64,000 nucleotides of DNA from Octopus sinensis (lineage: Eukaryota). The stretch covers positions 4,092,001 to 4,156,000 of the forward strand of contig NC_043014.1 in the NCBI RefSeq assembly GCF_006345805.1, given 5' to 3'. The notes under the pieces are model-generated. The model saw nothing but the letters and a program-made list of their open reading frames with translations, was not told the DNA's origin and ran no database searches. Positions 42,169-56,651 of this stretch are shown in pieces; the stretch's first letter is position 1; every line of letters begins with the position of its first letter. Both the position numbers and the translations under genes were made by a program.

Positions 42169-42236
<68 letters not shown>

Positions 42237-43754
42237 TGTCTGTGTGGAGGCGCAGTGGCCCAAGGGTTAGGGCAGCGGTCTCATGGTTGCCGGATCGCGG
42301 TTTCGATTCCCAGACTGGGCGTTGTGAGTGTTTAATGCTGCACGAAGCTCAGTGAGTTGGGTTGTTGTGATCACTCTTTCTTCTGTTGGCCCGCTCGCTT
42401 AGCCAGCAGGGTGGCGTCATTTTAAGGCTAAAACAACGCGAAGCGCATTGTGACCAGCGATATGTAGCAACAACTGGTCTGTGACGGTGATCACGGAGAT
42501 ATATGCATCATACGCACACAATACACACACACATACATACACACGTACATACACACACACCAGCACAGATGTCCACATATACCTTTAACGAACAATACTC
42601 ATACAGATACGCACACACTCATACACACATGGGCACAGACACACACGCACATACACGTACTTTAGCGCACACACGCACACAAGCACACACACGCACATTA
42701 CGCCCACACAACTTCAAAAAAAACCCTACACACAGGCATGCATATATATGTATACACACAAACGCACAGTTACTCACCACACAAACTCTACGCATACACA
42801 CACATACACACCGATACATATACATACACGCAATATATGCCTACACGCGCACACACACATACACATCCGTATACACATATAGACACAGACACACAAACAC
42901 GCACGCAAAAACATGCGCACACACACACACACACGAATGCACACACCGAAAACTCACATCCACGGATACAGGTATATACACCTATATACGCTTACTCACA
43001 CACATACAAACGCACGTGTACGCGCACACACAGCTACATGAACATGTGAGACGCATGCACATACATACACACACATAAATGAACCCACACATACATCCCA
43101 TACACACGGCACACAAATATACAAACACGCACACAATTATACATACATGTATACACACAAACGCACAGTTATTCGCCACACACCCAAACTCTACGCATAC
43201 ACACACACACAAACACACATGTGTCATCATTGCACACATACACACATACACACACGCACACATACAGAAAGTAAAGCATAGTTATTCGCCAAACACCCTA
43301 ACTCTACGCCTACACACACTACAAACAAAACACACACACGATACATATACATACACGCACACACACACATACTTCAAACTAGCAGTACCTACTACTTGAC
43401 CTGGGGTAGAGACAAAAGGAGCCACGCCCAATTGCTTCTTCCTTGACCTTAACACTACTAACCCTACAACACGCAAAGTTTAACATCCACAACCACACAC
43501 ACATACACACACACATGCACACACACATGCACACACACACACGTGTCATCATTGCACACATACGCACATACACACACACGGACATGCAGACCTACGATCA
43601 CGCACATATCCACACTTACAGACACATTCCTCCTCTTCTACCACTCTCCTGTCTTTGAAAGAACTTTTCTTCCCCAATTTTCTTCCGGTCATTCAAAATG
43701 TGACGGCGTGTGTACCGTTGGCGATTTTTTTTCCTCTGTCTTCCCTCCCCGTAT

Positions 43755-43789
43755 GTTTCCGACGAAGAGCTCCGCTCGAAACGTTAAAC
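43755..43789 (+). ncRNA. Minimal (Penelope-type) hammerhead motif, U4C core variant
   Basis: GTTT-CCGACGA-A-GAGC tcc GCTC-GAAA-CGTT-AAAC: 4-bp stem I, 4-bp stem II, palindromic AACGTT in place of stem III. Confidence 0.6.
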
Positions 43790-43939
43790 CCTCCTCCTTT
43801 CCTTCTTTCCTAAGCGTCAAATAATACTATATTTGTTCCACGTCCTCGCATTGTTGTGTTTTTTAGTGCTTTCTTGTTTAGATTAAATTTAACTATAAAT
43901 ATACATGTGTGAGTGTATATATATATATATGTGTAGAAA

Positions 43940-43991
<52 letters not shown>

Positions 43992-44005
43992 CGTGTGTGT
44001 GTGTG

Positions 44006-44600
44006 TACTTGAAGACATACCCGGTATTGCTGGGGATAAAAACGGGAAAGTTGGTATATAATATATTGCAGTCATTTTGAAACAGGTGATATGGGAAAGT
44101 GCAACATTGACAACAAAACATTTGTAGAGTAAATGCTGGGCTAATTCGACTAAGCAACATGCTATGCGTCCGTTTGGAGTGTTTCAGGCCCTAACCTGTC
44201 ATGCAAAATTGGAGGTGGGGTTTGTGTGATTTTTGAACGCACCGAAAAGCTGTCAGTGGATATACTCTCTTTGCAGCATTGTGCGCTGTGTCTAACACGA
44301 CCCATCACCGGAAATTTTGACACCACACGTCGGGTTTGTTGTCCTACATCACTCATAGAGTACATTTGGAGGAACTGTGGTTGTTCATTTGCGGGTACCA
44401 GGGAACCAATGAGGGGATAGACTTGCCCTTGAACTTTGACGTCGGCGTAAATTCATGTTTATCTATCTTCTTAGATTCACCAAACGATGTCATTTGAAAT
44501 GAAGAGTTGTATTGTCTGATATTGTTCAAGAAGACGTTTGACTAAATTGAAGCGCCTTCTAGAAGATTCCTAAGGGGTTGAGATGGTAGTGTTGGCAATG
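44006..44600 (-). mobile_element. Helitron-derived fragment, paralog 3 copy
   Basis: Homologous to 4927-5521; terminal CTAG reads CAAG. Confidence 0.65.
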
Positions 44601-44705
44601 ATACCTGTCCGAATATGTTGTTATCTATTGCATTGTTTTAAGTTCGAAACGATAATAAATATCCTGAAGTTCTATTTATATGATGCTATTTCTATTTTTT
44701 CACAG

Positions 44706-44757
44706 AACCGTTTCATCTCCAAGAAATCTCTCGACGATAAACCTGATGACAGTCCAA
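44706..44757 (+). CDS. Paralog 3 exon 2 (NRFISKKSLDDKPDDSP-N)
   Basis: cacag / GTAAG boundaries, 52 nt. Confidence 0.78.
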
Positions 44758-47080
44758 GTAAGAACTAATTTTACAGCTAAAGTCTTTTACCCGTGACTCA
44801 TTAACAAATGATTTATAATTTCACCAACTTTGAATTTGTTCCACATTATTATCCATATGTCCACAAAGATGTAGGCTAAGACATTTGCCTGCATTTATTT
44901 TAAAATATTTTCTACTTTACAATAATTTCCTAAATAAAACGTTACTCTAATATACTATGCCATTTATTGTGTGTATATGAGTATATATGCAGTGCTACGT
45001 CGATAATTGTACCAAGCCCTCTTCATAAATACAATCATTTGAACATCCATATAAGTATTTTATGGCAACCAGTATTTACCCATTAAACTCACCTTCCTGG
45101 TAAACCATCCGCAACATGCCCCAGGGCACGTGATCTTGAGCCTTTCCGTGGTTTACAGCGTATAAATCTTGGAAATAATTCAATGTTTGCTGGAAGATCA
45201 GTCTTGAACGAATCTCTGGTCGGGTGTACTTCGTCCAGGACGGTAATCTTGGGCGCGACAATTTCCCTACATATCTTTTCCTGACATCTAGTGTCGACCT
45301 TTCTATAATTAGAATACACTCTTTGGTCTCAATTTGAAAAGATTATGATTGTCACCCCATATTACCATTGCCTTGGTGTTTTTTCCAGGGTTCCCATCCA
45401 CCTAGCATACATGGGTCACTCAGAGAATACCATCTGTATTTAAAGTTTCTAAAATATCAAGCCGAACGTGCTTTTCACCAGCAGCTTTATCACTTTTAAG
45501 TGAGTTTAGCTCAAATAAGCCTTCAAACGAAGAAGAACCTGCCGATAAACATAATACAATCACGAATCCATTTCGATGTCCAACTTCATTCAGGCGGGTC
45601 ACTCTCAATTTGGATGCAAATGTCTCCACATTTTTGTTTCTGATCCCAGCATCCACTGCGGCTTCCAACTGTATTCTGTAGGTCGCACTGGATTTACCAA
45701 TTTCCAGTATTCGGAAGACTGTAGGAATTTTCAGGTTTTTAGACATTTAGGTAGTGCCGAGTTGACAACTCCGCCCCTTCCTTTTACCTGAACGTTCAGC
45801 AAAGAGTGAAAGAGGACCGAAATCTATCAAAAACCTCTGTCACCAGGTATTTCTATATCAGGCACCCTTATAAATATCCCTGTCTTAAAATAATATCTTT
45901 ACCATAGAGAGGAGAGTGTGTATCCTGCACTGAAGGCTGCTATGACCTCTCCATTAAGTTCGCTGACGACATTCCTTCCAATCAATCCTTCTCACGGTTA
46001 TCAGTGCCAAGGTGTGCACTGAAGTCTCCTTGCGGGACAAATGACTTTACCCCAAATATATCTAAAGATGAGATGAATTTGCTTAGGAAGGATTTGTATT
46101 TGACCCAGCTGTTTGCTGCATATACTTACAGCAGCCACAGTGGTCTTTCATATTCAGCCTTAGCTTCAAGAGGCGAACCCTCACACCTAGTAGGTTTTAC
46201 TCCATTATACAATCCGAAAGCTGGGGATTGAGAGTATCCTAATCCCACCTGTGCAGACATTGCTGGCACCACAGTTGCGTAGTGGAGTATCAAGACTATA
46301 TCCAGGTGTACGCTATCGGAGAAAGGAAATTTTATAGAGGAGACACCGATTATATCTTACAGGCAGATTATATCTAACAATTTTGACGTTTTAATTCTCA
46401 ATTATTAAAGGTTGTTCCCTTCTTGATCTGCTTTGGTGTCCTGAGACCGTCAATTATGTGCTCCCACCCCACGCACCCCAGATTAAGTTGCAGGCTTCTT
46501 GCTGGTTGCACCCGTATTCGGTGGGGTGTGCTATACATTTATCGAACGGACTCCTCTACTCGAGATCCGGATGTGATGTCTTTTAACTAAATCGACAAAT
46601 GATGCGGTATGGTTGTTATTTTCATATTGTAGTTATGATGGCCTTATTTGCGCCGAGCTCCAAACTGATATTTGTAATTGACCGATGAATATTCGCACCT
46701 GGCGAATATTTTATAATTATTCTATTGCGTTTTATCATTATTCTATTGAGAAGTATATATACTCATACCCAAGTTTACGTATCATACATACATCCGTTCA
46801 TAGCGGAGACCGATACACATTCTGATATTCTGAGATTAATCTCTCAAATCTTTGACATCAACGTCACCAACAGGCTCAACAGACAAATGTCTTTTTTCTG
46901 TCTTTACAATTTATTCTTATTATTTACATCTTTCGTTCTGACTTTCATTCATTCACTCGTTCTTTCTTAAATTCTATATTTCTCTCTTATCCATCAATTC
47001 CTTCCCATCCAACATCCTACTTTGTAAATGATCCCCTAATTCTTTCTTTTAAACTACATTATTTCATTTTAATTTCGCAG

Positions 47081-47155
47081 ATCCCGGTCTCGGATCATTG
47101 TATACCCGGTGGGGCAGAACAACTTGTCCTCCTTATTCAAGCCTTGTATATGACG
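47081..47155 (+). CDS. Paralog 3 exon 3 (N-PGLGSLYTRWGRTTCPPYSSLVYD-G)
   Basis: tttcgcag / GTTAGT boundaries, 75 nt. Confidence 0.9.
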
Positions 47156-48690
47156 GTTAGTATACTTTATATTTCTGACCTCTCATTCTCTTTTTGTTTT
47201 TTTCTTGTTCTCTTTTTATACCTCTCATTCTCTCTTTTTGTTGCCTCTCTTTCTCTCTCACCCTCTCTCTCACGCACATGCACACACACTCACCCTTTGT
47301 CGGGTTGTCTGACATAAACATTCTCAAATCCTCTTATGATATGTCACGTTTCAAACGTCTATACCTGTAGACTAAACAGACACTACACAAGACTGCTTAC
47401 TCCTTTGTAGGTATTTGGTCAAATCAGAATATTGTATGTTGTCTACTACGGACCAAGTGAAAAGGATGTTGTCTAACCACAGAATATAGATATCTCTACG
47501 ATAAATTACAGACAGGAGCTGGACTAAAAATCCCCCATGGCGATCAAAAATTTCTGGCTGACCAGCTTTGGATTGTAGGTATCAAATACCGAGGCTGCTA
47601 ACTGGTGATCAAGTGTACAGGCTACGGATGGTGGTATTGTACATGAGTGACCAGGACTGAAAAGTTGCCACGTGACTATCATTAACTAGAGTGCCCAATG
47701 ATCGCAGGTGTTGGCTAAATTGAATAGAGTCTATTAGAATTGATGACAGTGACTGTAAACGATTAATGAAATGAACGCACAATGTAGAATGAGGACTGGA
47801 CAAGCCACATACTGTAACTGATGGAAAAAGCTAAGGACTTTATTCATTAAGGAAAATAGAGAGAGACTAAATGTTTGTGAGAGAACACAACAGAGTACAG
47901 AATGCACTTCTATTCTTCTCCGCCTCACCGAAGTCGTCCTATCGCTGAAACCTTGCTCTTTTCATGCACCACATCACCTCATTAATTATCCAGTATATAT
48001 TTGTAAGGTAATTACGACACTTCCAATTCAAAACTGCTGCTACAAACCTCTTCCCCAATCAACCTCACAATCCCTAAAAATGCTCCGAATCTGCTGTCTA
48101 TAAACCATACACGTATCCTTTATCGGTCACCCACTCCGCCGTCCATTCATCTTAAGCACTAAGCCATCACTGAACCTCACAATTTTTCCTCCCACCTCGT
48201 TTCTGTGTATTGCATGAAGTAAAGTCTGTGTGATCATAACGTCTATGTAAGCCTGATTCGTCCGAGTCTACACGAGAGGTTTAGCCACTGACTCTCGTAT
48301 GATCGACTAAACAACATTTCATCGACGGTTACCCACCACTTCTCTGCATCTCGTCGTCTCCCCTATTGTCCTACTCAAACCTCCTACAATTTCCACCATC
48401 CAAAATATATCCGTTCACACGTGAACATCTTTTCCATTTCGGATAAACACGAGTGCATGCGTTATAAAATATCTTTCTATTTCTCCATCTATTGACATCC
48501 ACCGAAAAACACCTACCCCATGCAAACATACATAATAATCCACGTCGTATCCACAAAAACTTACCCGTATACACAATATATATATATATATATAAATGGA
48601 GTTGCATGAAACAATCGTGCCGCATTATCTCTGGATATCCTCGTTGCTTACTACGATATATATACATACATATACATACATATATATATA

Positions 48691-48755
<65 letters not shown>

Positions 48756-48963
48756 TATATATATGAGAAGGTATATGTACAGTTACGATTCAGCAACACA
48801 CAGTTTACACTCATATAAACACTAACATATATACACCACAATTCGTTCACACGTGACTAAGCATGACTTCTTTTAAGTGAAAAATTGTAATGAATGTTTC
48901 CGTTATTTCGTATATAATTTTGCTTAATATCTTTTTTAATTGATTTATTCTTACTAATTCAAG

Positions 48964-49463
48964 GTGTGGCTGGTGGACAATGGTACGGCGACACAGGTGG
49001 CGGAAGTAATCTCTTATGTCTACCCAACGATCCCATTTGGGCCAATTATACGACAGAAGTTGAAGAAGGTGGTCACATTTATGGCAGTGAATATGAACTA
49101 ACTTTTTACCCAACTAATAAACTCTTTTCTTTTGCCAACGCTGAATCAATTCATGATCACAACGTTCCGTGTGCTGTCTGTTTGACACGAAAACCTGCTG
49201 TTGTTATGATGTTACCCGCCAGGACAAAGTGTTACGCTGGTTGGACAGCTGAGTATTCGGGATATTTGATGACCGCGAGTTCTGTACATAAGGGCAGACT
49301 TGAATATGTGTGTGTGGACTATGCTCCAGAAGCTGATCCAGCAGGTTACAGAAACGAAAATGGAGCTCTGCTGCATATTGTTCAGGCTGCTTGTGGTTCA
49401 TTGCCATGTCCACCGTATGTCAATGGTCGAGAATTAACCTGTGTTGTGTGCAGTAAATATTGA
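48964..49463 (+). CDS. Paralog 3 exon 4, short-chain collagen C4-like domain (full protein 256 aa)
   Basis: ttcaag acceptor, open to TGA at 49461-49463; AATAAA at 49525. Confidence 0.92.
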
Positions 49464-51107
49464 ATAGAAATTTACATTCGTTTCTATATGAAAATTTATG
49501 TCGGCGAATCATAAAATATAATATAATAAAGCAACATATACGTTTCTTGTAATTATGTTTCGCAGTATTTTATCCAACTAATATATGTCGTTAATTAAAT
49601 TGCTGCTACAAGTTTTCAGAAAATATTCAAAACGAAACAACAGAGACGTCATAGAATGTGACAAATAGCTTAACAGAACGATGTAATCCTCAGGGAATGA
49701 TTCTAGAATACATTTTATGTGGTTCAGTTTATCAAATTTAAAAGTTCAAATAAAATGATTCGTTTAAATGTGTGTTGTATTCCGTCTTAAAATGAAAACA
49801 ATCCCCAAATGAAACACCTCCGTACAAATATATCACCCTTTCATGATCAATCTTCAAAAAACACGATAAAAGCTTATAACTAACATCACTAATGGTTTAA
49901 TAAAAAAAATACTCCCATACGTATCATTGTAACTATAATCGATGCGATGAAACCTCTGCAATCCAATCGCGGATATTGTCTAATAAAGCATATTTGATCT
50001 TCACTGAAGAAATACCACAAACTGTTGACTAACTAACTACTTATCAGGTTACTAACACATTGAAGCTTTCACGAAACACTTTCGACAAGGGTACAAGTAC
50101 ACGTCCCACGATTAACTATTTTCAATCAACATTCACATATTCCCGCTTCTCTACAAAAATCACACACACACACACAGCATCAATCGAATCTACAGCAACA
50201 CCACAAAACATCAAGTTCAACAAATTATCTCCGTCTGTAACATAAAACTATGAAACTCGCAGAAGAGGAACTTGCTTCGAGATACATGCATACAATAACT
50301 GTAACACACATAAACGACTTAGTAAGGAAAGGAAGACGACTTATAAAATATACATTAGGTGGAATCAGTGCAACATGTTGAGTCTTTCACACTATACCCA
50401 GCATGATTGCTCCTTGTATGTGGGAGTTTGTAGAATGGCTGCCAGATAAACGAAGGGATCCGTGGAAAGAGGGATCTGTGGGTGGCAGCACGTTTTTTGT
50501 CCGATTAATTGCGTGCCATAAGAATGCTCGATTGTGAAAAAGCTAGAGAAAAAGAATAATAATTAAGTAATATGAAAGCACGAAATGCTAATTGACAAAT
50601 GAATATATGGAAACATTCAACATGGCGTTTCCAGTGAACAGTATTAGCGCTCAGTATTAGGCATAAGCAATTTTTAGGTTCGTTAAAATGTGCTAATGGC
50701 ATATTTCAAACTCTAAACGCAAATTCAGTGCAGGAAGCTGCAAAAAACAGCATATCAGTCCAGTGCTGCTCCCTATCGGGTTCCAGTTCAGTCGTTATCA
50801 AGAGAAAATACCGAAGAGGGGAATTTCTGGACAAACTTAAAGCTATAGCTTTAAATTAAACATAGTCAACAACAACGAGTAAGTGACGCCATTAGAGCGC
50901 CAGGCTGGAGTCTGTCGTGAGTTACCTCCCTTCGGTATTTCTCTTTGATAAATACTTCGCTAGAGGAGTTGACTTCAACCTTGTGCCCCATTAGTAACTG
51001 CGGTCGGTCGTACGGGTCCGCATCTTTCCTTCTCTGTGTGTGTGTGTGTGTCAGTTTTTGTGTGTGTGTGTGTGTCAGTGTGTCAGTGTGTGTGAGTGTG
51101 TGTGTCA

Positions 51108-51139
<32 letters not shown>

Positions 51140-51943
51140 CAGTTTGTGTGGTTGTCTGTGTGTGCGTGTGTCTGTATGTGTGAGTGTGTTTGTCAGTGTG
51201 TGTGTGTGTGTATGTCAGTGTGTGTGTGTTTTAATGTGTATGTGTTTTTCAGTGTGTGTGTATGTCAGTGTGTGTGCGTGTCAGTGTGTGTGTGTGTATG
51301 GCCGTGTGTGTCAGTGTGTGTCAGTGTGTGTGTGTGTAGTGTGTGTGTGTATGTTTATGTCAGTGTGTGTGTGTCAGTGTGAACGTGTGTGTTTGTATGT
51401 CAGTGTGTGTATGTGTGTCAGTGTGTGTGTGTGTGTTGGTGTTGGGTTTGTGTCATGTGTGCTTGTGTGTGTGTGTGTGTGTGTGTGTCAGTGGTGTGTC
51501 AGTGTGTGTGTGTGAATGTGTCTGTGTATTTGTTGGTTGAACGAAATACTTCCCACACTGAATATTAAAACAGTTTCCCAAGAATAACAAATAAAATTAA
51601 ATAACAACATTAGTAAATAAATATCATAATATATCCAGAAACAGGAATCATTTCACTTTACACGTGTCTCTCATTCATCAAAATATTTTGCTAATTATTG
51701 TGTGACAATATCAAACCATCTCTTTCCAATAATTAAACCTGCCAGACAAGTTCACACCCGCTTTTACAGTTCCACCAATCGCATTGGTTCATAAATTTAC
51801 GATGAGATCTATGCCAGAGCTGGGTTGTTGTGCGCTCAATAAATACGTGGAATTCAGTTACAGGTCTTCAGCTTAAACCTCGCATCTCGATTTTTTGTTG
51901 AAGCCACACGAAGTATCACTTACGACCGACAACTGTCACCAGA

Positions 51944-52087
51944 ATGGATTTCGCACAACTGTCCAGGAATATTTCGCAGCGTTATTCCATTTCTTCTCTC
52001 ATAGCTTTTGGGGTTCTTCTCGTTCTGACGATCGTGATTCTTCATCAAGATTCAAGAATAGGAAAAATGGAGGAGAAATCAAAAACG
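51944..52087 (+). CDS. Paralog 4 exon 1 (MDFAQ...EEKSKT); remaining exons lie beyond the window
   Basis: ATG, 48 codons, GTAAGT donor at 52088; followed by the same intron-1 repeat layers, ending in the Helitron remnant that precedes exon 2 in the other copies. Confidence 0.8.
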
Positions 52088-52439
52088 GTAAGTCATGGAT
52101 TTTGTGTTAATATATTTATGTCTTTATGTATTTATATATGTATGTATGCGTGCATGTATGTATGCACCTACGTATGTATGTATGAATATATTGATGTATG
52201 TACGTACGGATGGATGGATTATTGTAAGGATGTATCCATGAACCATGTACATATGTTTCTATAGTGCACACACACACATACGTTACATCACACACGTAAT
52301 CATACAAAAACACAGAGCACACATCTAAATATACATATGTGTATATACATATATATACATATACATGTATTTATATATATAATATACATATATATGTATA
52401 TATAAATATACATATATATGAATTTATTAGTGCGTGTAC

Positions 52440-52474
<35 letters not shown>

Positions 52475-52477
52475 TAA

Positions 52478-53154
52478 GTATGTAGAAAAATACAACATGG
52501 ACAAGAACGTATAACTCTTAGAAGACGACACAATAAACATGGACAGGACATTCGAACCCCTCAGTCTTCAGTCAAGAACCGGATCATCGTAGTAATTTCG
52601 GCTGATTAATCTTGAGATTACTAGATCACGGCCAGCCCTCCAAGAAAAACTAAGCAACGAGCATTAGAAAAACTAAGCTGGAAGCGTAGATTTCCTGGAA
52701 GAAGGATCGAATGCATACGAACACCAGGACAGCAAAAGGGACAGATATAAAAAAACAAAAAACAATAATGGAATACAGAAACATGAAATACAGAAGCATT
52801 AACGGTGAAAACAACAAGTGTCTTACGAGTGATAACAAGCAAACAAATTTTTTCTCTGGCGCATTGGAAGAAGCCTTTATAGCGGCGGACGAAAAACAAC
52901 GATGTTAACACGACGAGGGTCAGGAGCTGAAAGGCAGATTTCGGCCAACAGTCACGTGACAGAGAAGAGGGAAAAGAAAAGAAAGAGAAGCAAAGGAAGA
53001 GAGAGAGAGACGAGGGACAAAACGCAACAAAGAGAGAGAAGAGAGAGAAAGAAGGGATCAGAGAGGAGAAGGGATGGGTGTCGAAGAATGACCTGTGAGT
53101 GCAGAGCGAGACAAAGAAAAAGGAGGGTAAAGAGAAGAGAAAAAGAGGATGAGT

Positions 53155-53194
<40 letters not shown>

Positions 53195-53594
53195 GACAGA
53201 TCAAGTAAAAATGAGAGAGAGAGGGAGACAAAAAGAGAGTCGTACCAATTATTAAGAATATGTGCTCACATTAATGATAAGGTGGGTACGGGGCGCCTGG
53301 AATATATGTTAAGGTATGTAGAAAAATACAACATGGACAAGAACGTATAACTCTTAGAAGACGACACAATAAACATGGACAGGACATTCGAACCCCTCAG
53401 TCTTCAGTCAAGAACCGGATCATCGTAGTAATTTCGGCTGATTAATCTTGAGATTACTAGATCACGGCCAGCCCTCCAAGAAAAACTAAGCAACGAGCAT
53501 TAGAAAAACTAAGCTGGAAGCGTAGATTTCCTGGAAGAAGGATCGAATGCATACGAACACCAGGACAGCAAAAGGGACAGATATAAAAAAACAA

Positions 53595-53598
<4 letters not shown>
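52478..53598. mobile_element. Element with 285-bp direct repeats (52478-52762, 53314-53598) around a 551-bp GA-rich interior
   Basis: Repeats identical as read; no TG...CA ends; inserted in (TA)n; only in paralog 4. Confidence 0.7.
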
Positions 53599-53636
<38 letters not shown>

Positions 53637-53815
53637 TATATATATATACAAACATATATATGCGTGTGTGTATCGCTCTCTCTCTCTATATATATTTATT
53701 TTGGTTTCTCTAGAAGTCCCTATTTGAAGTAGAAGAAATAGCTATGTTTTTTGACTGCTATTTCTAAACTTTGGTGTGTGGTAAAGCAAATCTTTGCTGA
53801 ACCCTTATTATTAAG

Positions 53816-53844
<29 letters not shown>

Positions 53845-53847
<3 letters not shown>

Positions 53848-54487
53848 ACATAAGGGACATTAGCCATCTGAATGTGGCTAGGGTCAGGGCAGGGCGGTGG
53901 GGGTGTTACTGATGCATTTAGCCTCAGGCGATCATCAACGTCACCAGGAGGGCTGACACCATCACAGCGTCCTCTAGCCTGCAAAGGGAGATCATTTCCC
54001 GAAGAAGCGGATGCCACATACAGACCTAGGTTTCAAGGTATTTGCCTATTATCAACGCATGGCAGGCACCGCTCCCCGACGAATAACTCTCTGTGCAGCA
54101 TATATATAAAGATTTTCACAGTAAATACATTTACTGATGTAGAAAATCCGTTCGACAGCAATAATAATTCTCTAAACGAGATATAGACAGTAACTGCTCC
54201 AACGGATTTTCTACATCAGTAAATGTATTTACTGTGAAAATCTTTATATATATCCTGCACAGGTCCGTATGTGGCATCCGCTTCTTCGGGGAATGATCTC
54301 CCTTTGCAGGCTAGAGGACGCCGTGATGGTGTCAGCCCTCCTGGTGACGTTGATGATCGCCTGGGGCTAAATGCATCAGTAACACTTCCACCGCCCTGCC
54401 CTGTCCCTAGTCACATTCAGATGGCTAATGTCCCTTATGTTATGGAGCAGTTACTGTCTATATCTCGTTTAGAGAATTATTATTGCT
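53845..54487. repeat. Complex foldback with permuted blocks A-x-B-C / B'-A'-C'
   Basis: A 53845-54027 vs 54261-54443; B 54091-54152 vs 54201-54262; C 54157-54201 vs 54443-54487. Confidence 0.8.
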
Positions 54488-54818
54488 ATATATGTATATA
54501 TATATATATATATACAAACATGTATATGCGTGTGTATCTCCTTATCTCTCTATCTCTCTCTCTATATATATATATGTGAGTTTGTATGTGTGTGTGTGTG
54601 GTGTGTAAATATATTCTTTTACCCGTTTCAGTCATTTGATTACGGCCATGCTAGAGCACTGCGTTTAGTAGGACAAATCGACTTCAGGAATAATTTTGGT
54701 AAGCCGAGTGCTCATTCTATCGGTACCTCTAGCCGAACCGCTATATAACGGGGACATAAACACACCGACATCACTTGAGAAGCGATAGTGGCGCGATAAC
54801 AACATCACAGACACATAC

Positions 54819-54862
<44 letters not shown>

Positions 54863-55016
54863 GCACCCTTCTTTCAGTCTCAATCTACCAAATCTACTGA
54901 CATGACTCAGATCAGCTCGAGGTTAGAGTGGTAGGCATTCGTCCAATTTTGTACCCAGTGGAAGTGAACAGAATACCTTGTGGTTACGAAGCGAGTGTTT
55001 TACCACACAGACACTG

Positions 55017-55055
<39 letters not shown>

Positions 55056-55077
55056 TATATACATATATACAGATAAT

Positions 55078-55339
55078 GTGTGAAATATAATTAATTTAAT
55101 ATAATCAATAAATTTCACCTAGTAGGGAAAAGGACCATATACGGTAAAAAATTTATATAATTATAATAAGGGCTCTTTGCAACAAGTGGCTTAAACCACA
55201 TGCCGAAAATATTAGAAATAGCAGTCAAAGAGCTACCATTTCTACCATTGTTGTAATAGAAATGGTAGGCCTTTGACTGCTATTTCTAATATTTTCGGTA
55301 TGTGGTTTAAGCAACTTATTGCCAAAACCCTTATTATAA

Positions 55340-55342
<3 letters not shown>
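55078..55342. mobile_element. Hairpin element related to the 4150-4819 family (shares TAGAAATAGCAGYCAAA)
   Basis: Imperfect arms ~55158-55244 and ~55257-55342; a related single arm at ~53728-53812. Confidence 0.6.
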
Positions 55343-55384
<42 letters not shown>

Positions 55385-55597
55385 CATATATCACCCTCGG
55401 TCTGGGAATCGAAGCGCGATCCTACTACCACTGGGCCATTGTACCTCCACACCACACACACACACACACACACACGCACACACACACACACATACACACA
55501 CACATATATATATATATGTATATATATATATACATATCATATATACGTACACACATATAATAGTTACGTATATATATACATACATATCTATCTATCA

Positions 55598-55744
<147 letters not shown>

Positions 55745-56477
55745 ATATATATATGTATGTATGTATATGTATAATATGTATATATATGTATGTATATATA
55801 CATATACACACATCACGAAGAAACACAAAGAAGAGTGGAATTGTACTCCTGTCCGATCGCTCTTTCACCAGACATAATCCTGGAGAGGGAAATAAGTGCG
55901 TAATGAAAAAATCTAATGGTGGGGTTCCAGCATGGCCATGCCCTGTCGCTGCAACGTTTAGCCCCTATTAATATTAGTCTTAAGTATTATATCTGATGTA
56001 CACTTGCACACACGCACAGAAACGGACACATACAAACACACACCACCACATAGGAATACGTACATATTTACACACATTTATCTTTTCTCTCCATCGGGAA
56101 CGGAAGTGAGGCGAGTTTTTTTGAATCTTTTCTTTCCAACTGAAATTAAAACGTGCGAGTGCCAATGTAGATCGGTGAATTCGTAATGTTTGACTGTAAT
56201 TCACGTTGGTTTTTATATATGACAATATGTAAGAACGAATGTAAATACATACACACAGACACACGGGCAAACACAACAACGCACAAATAAACACAACCAC
56301 CACACACGCACGCACACAGACACACGTGCTCAATTGTACACGAACAATCACACTATACAGTGTATGTCCACTCACATATATGTGTGCGTTTGTGTGTGTG
56401 TATGCGTATAAGTAGATACGTATGTTTGTGATATTTATGGTGTGAATGCTAAAGTATACGTGCATACGTATATATTG

Positions 56478-56527
<50 letters not shown>

Positions 56528-56612
56528 ATGTGTGTGTTTGTGTGTGTGTGTGTTTGTATATGTGTGTGTGTTTGTATATGTGTGTGTGTTTGTGTGTGTG
56601 TGTGTTTGTATA

Positions 56613-56651
<39 letters not shown>

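Noticed and set aside
52545-52575. Minus-strand CTGAAGA motif in the direct repeats as a functional hammerhead
   Set aside because: GAAA box reads GAAT and no stem I pairing was found; kept only as a hint in the findings.
53990-54090. CCGAAGA-A-GCGG...CCGC in the permuted foldback as a hammerhead
   Set aside because: No GAAA box after the putative stem II, and the second copy lacks the pairing strand.
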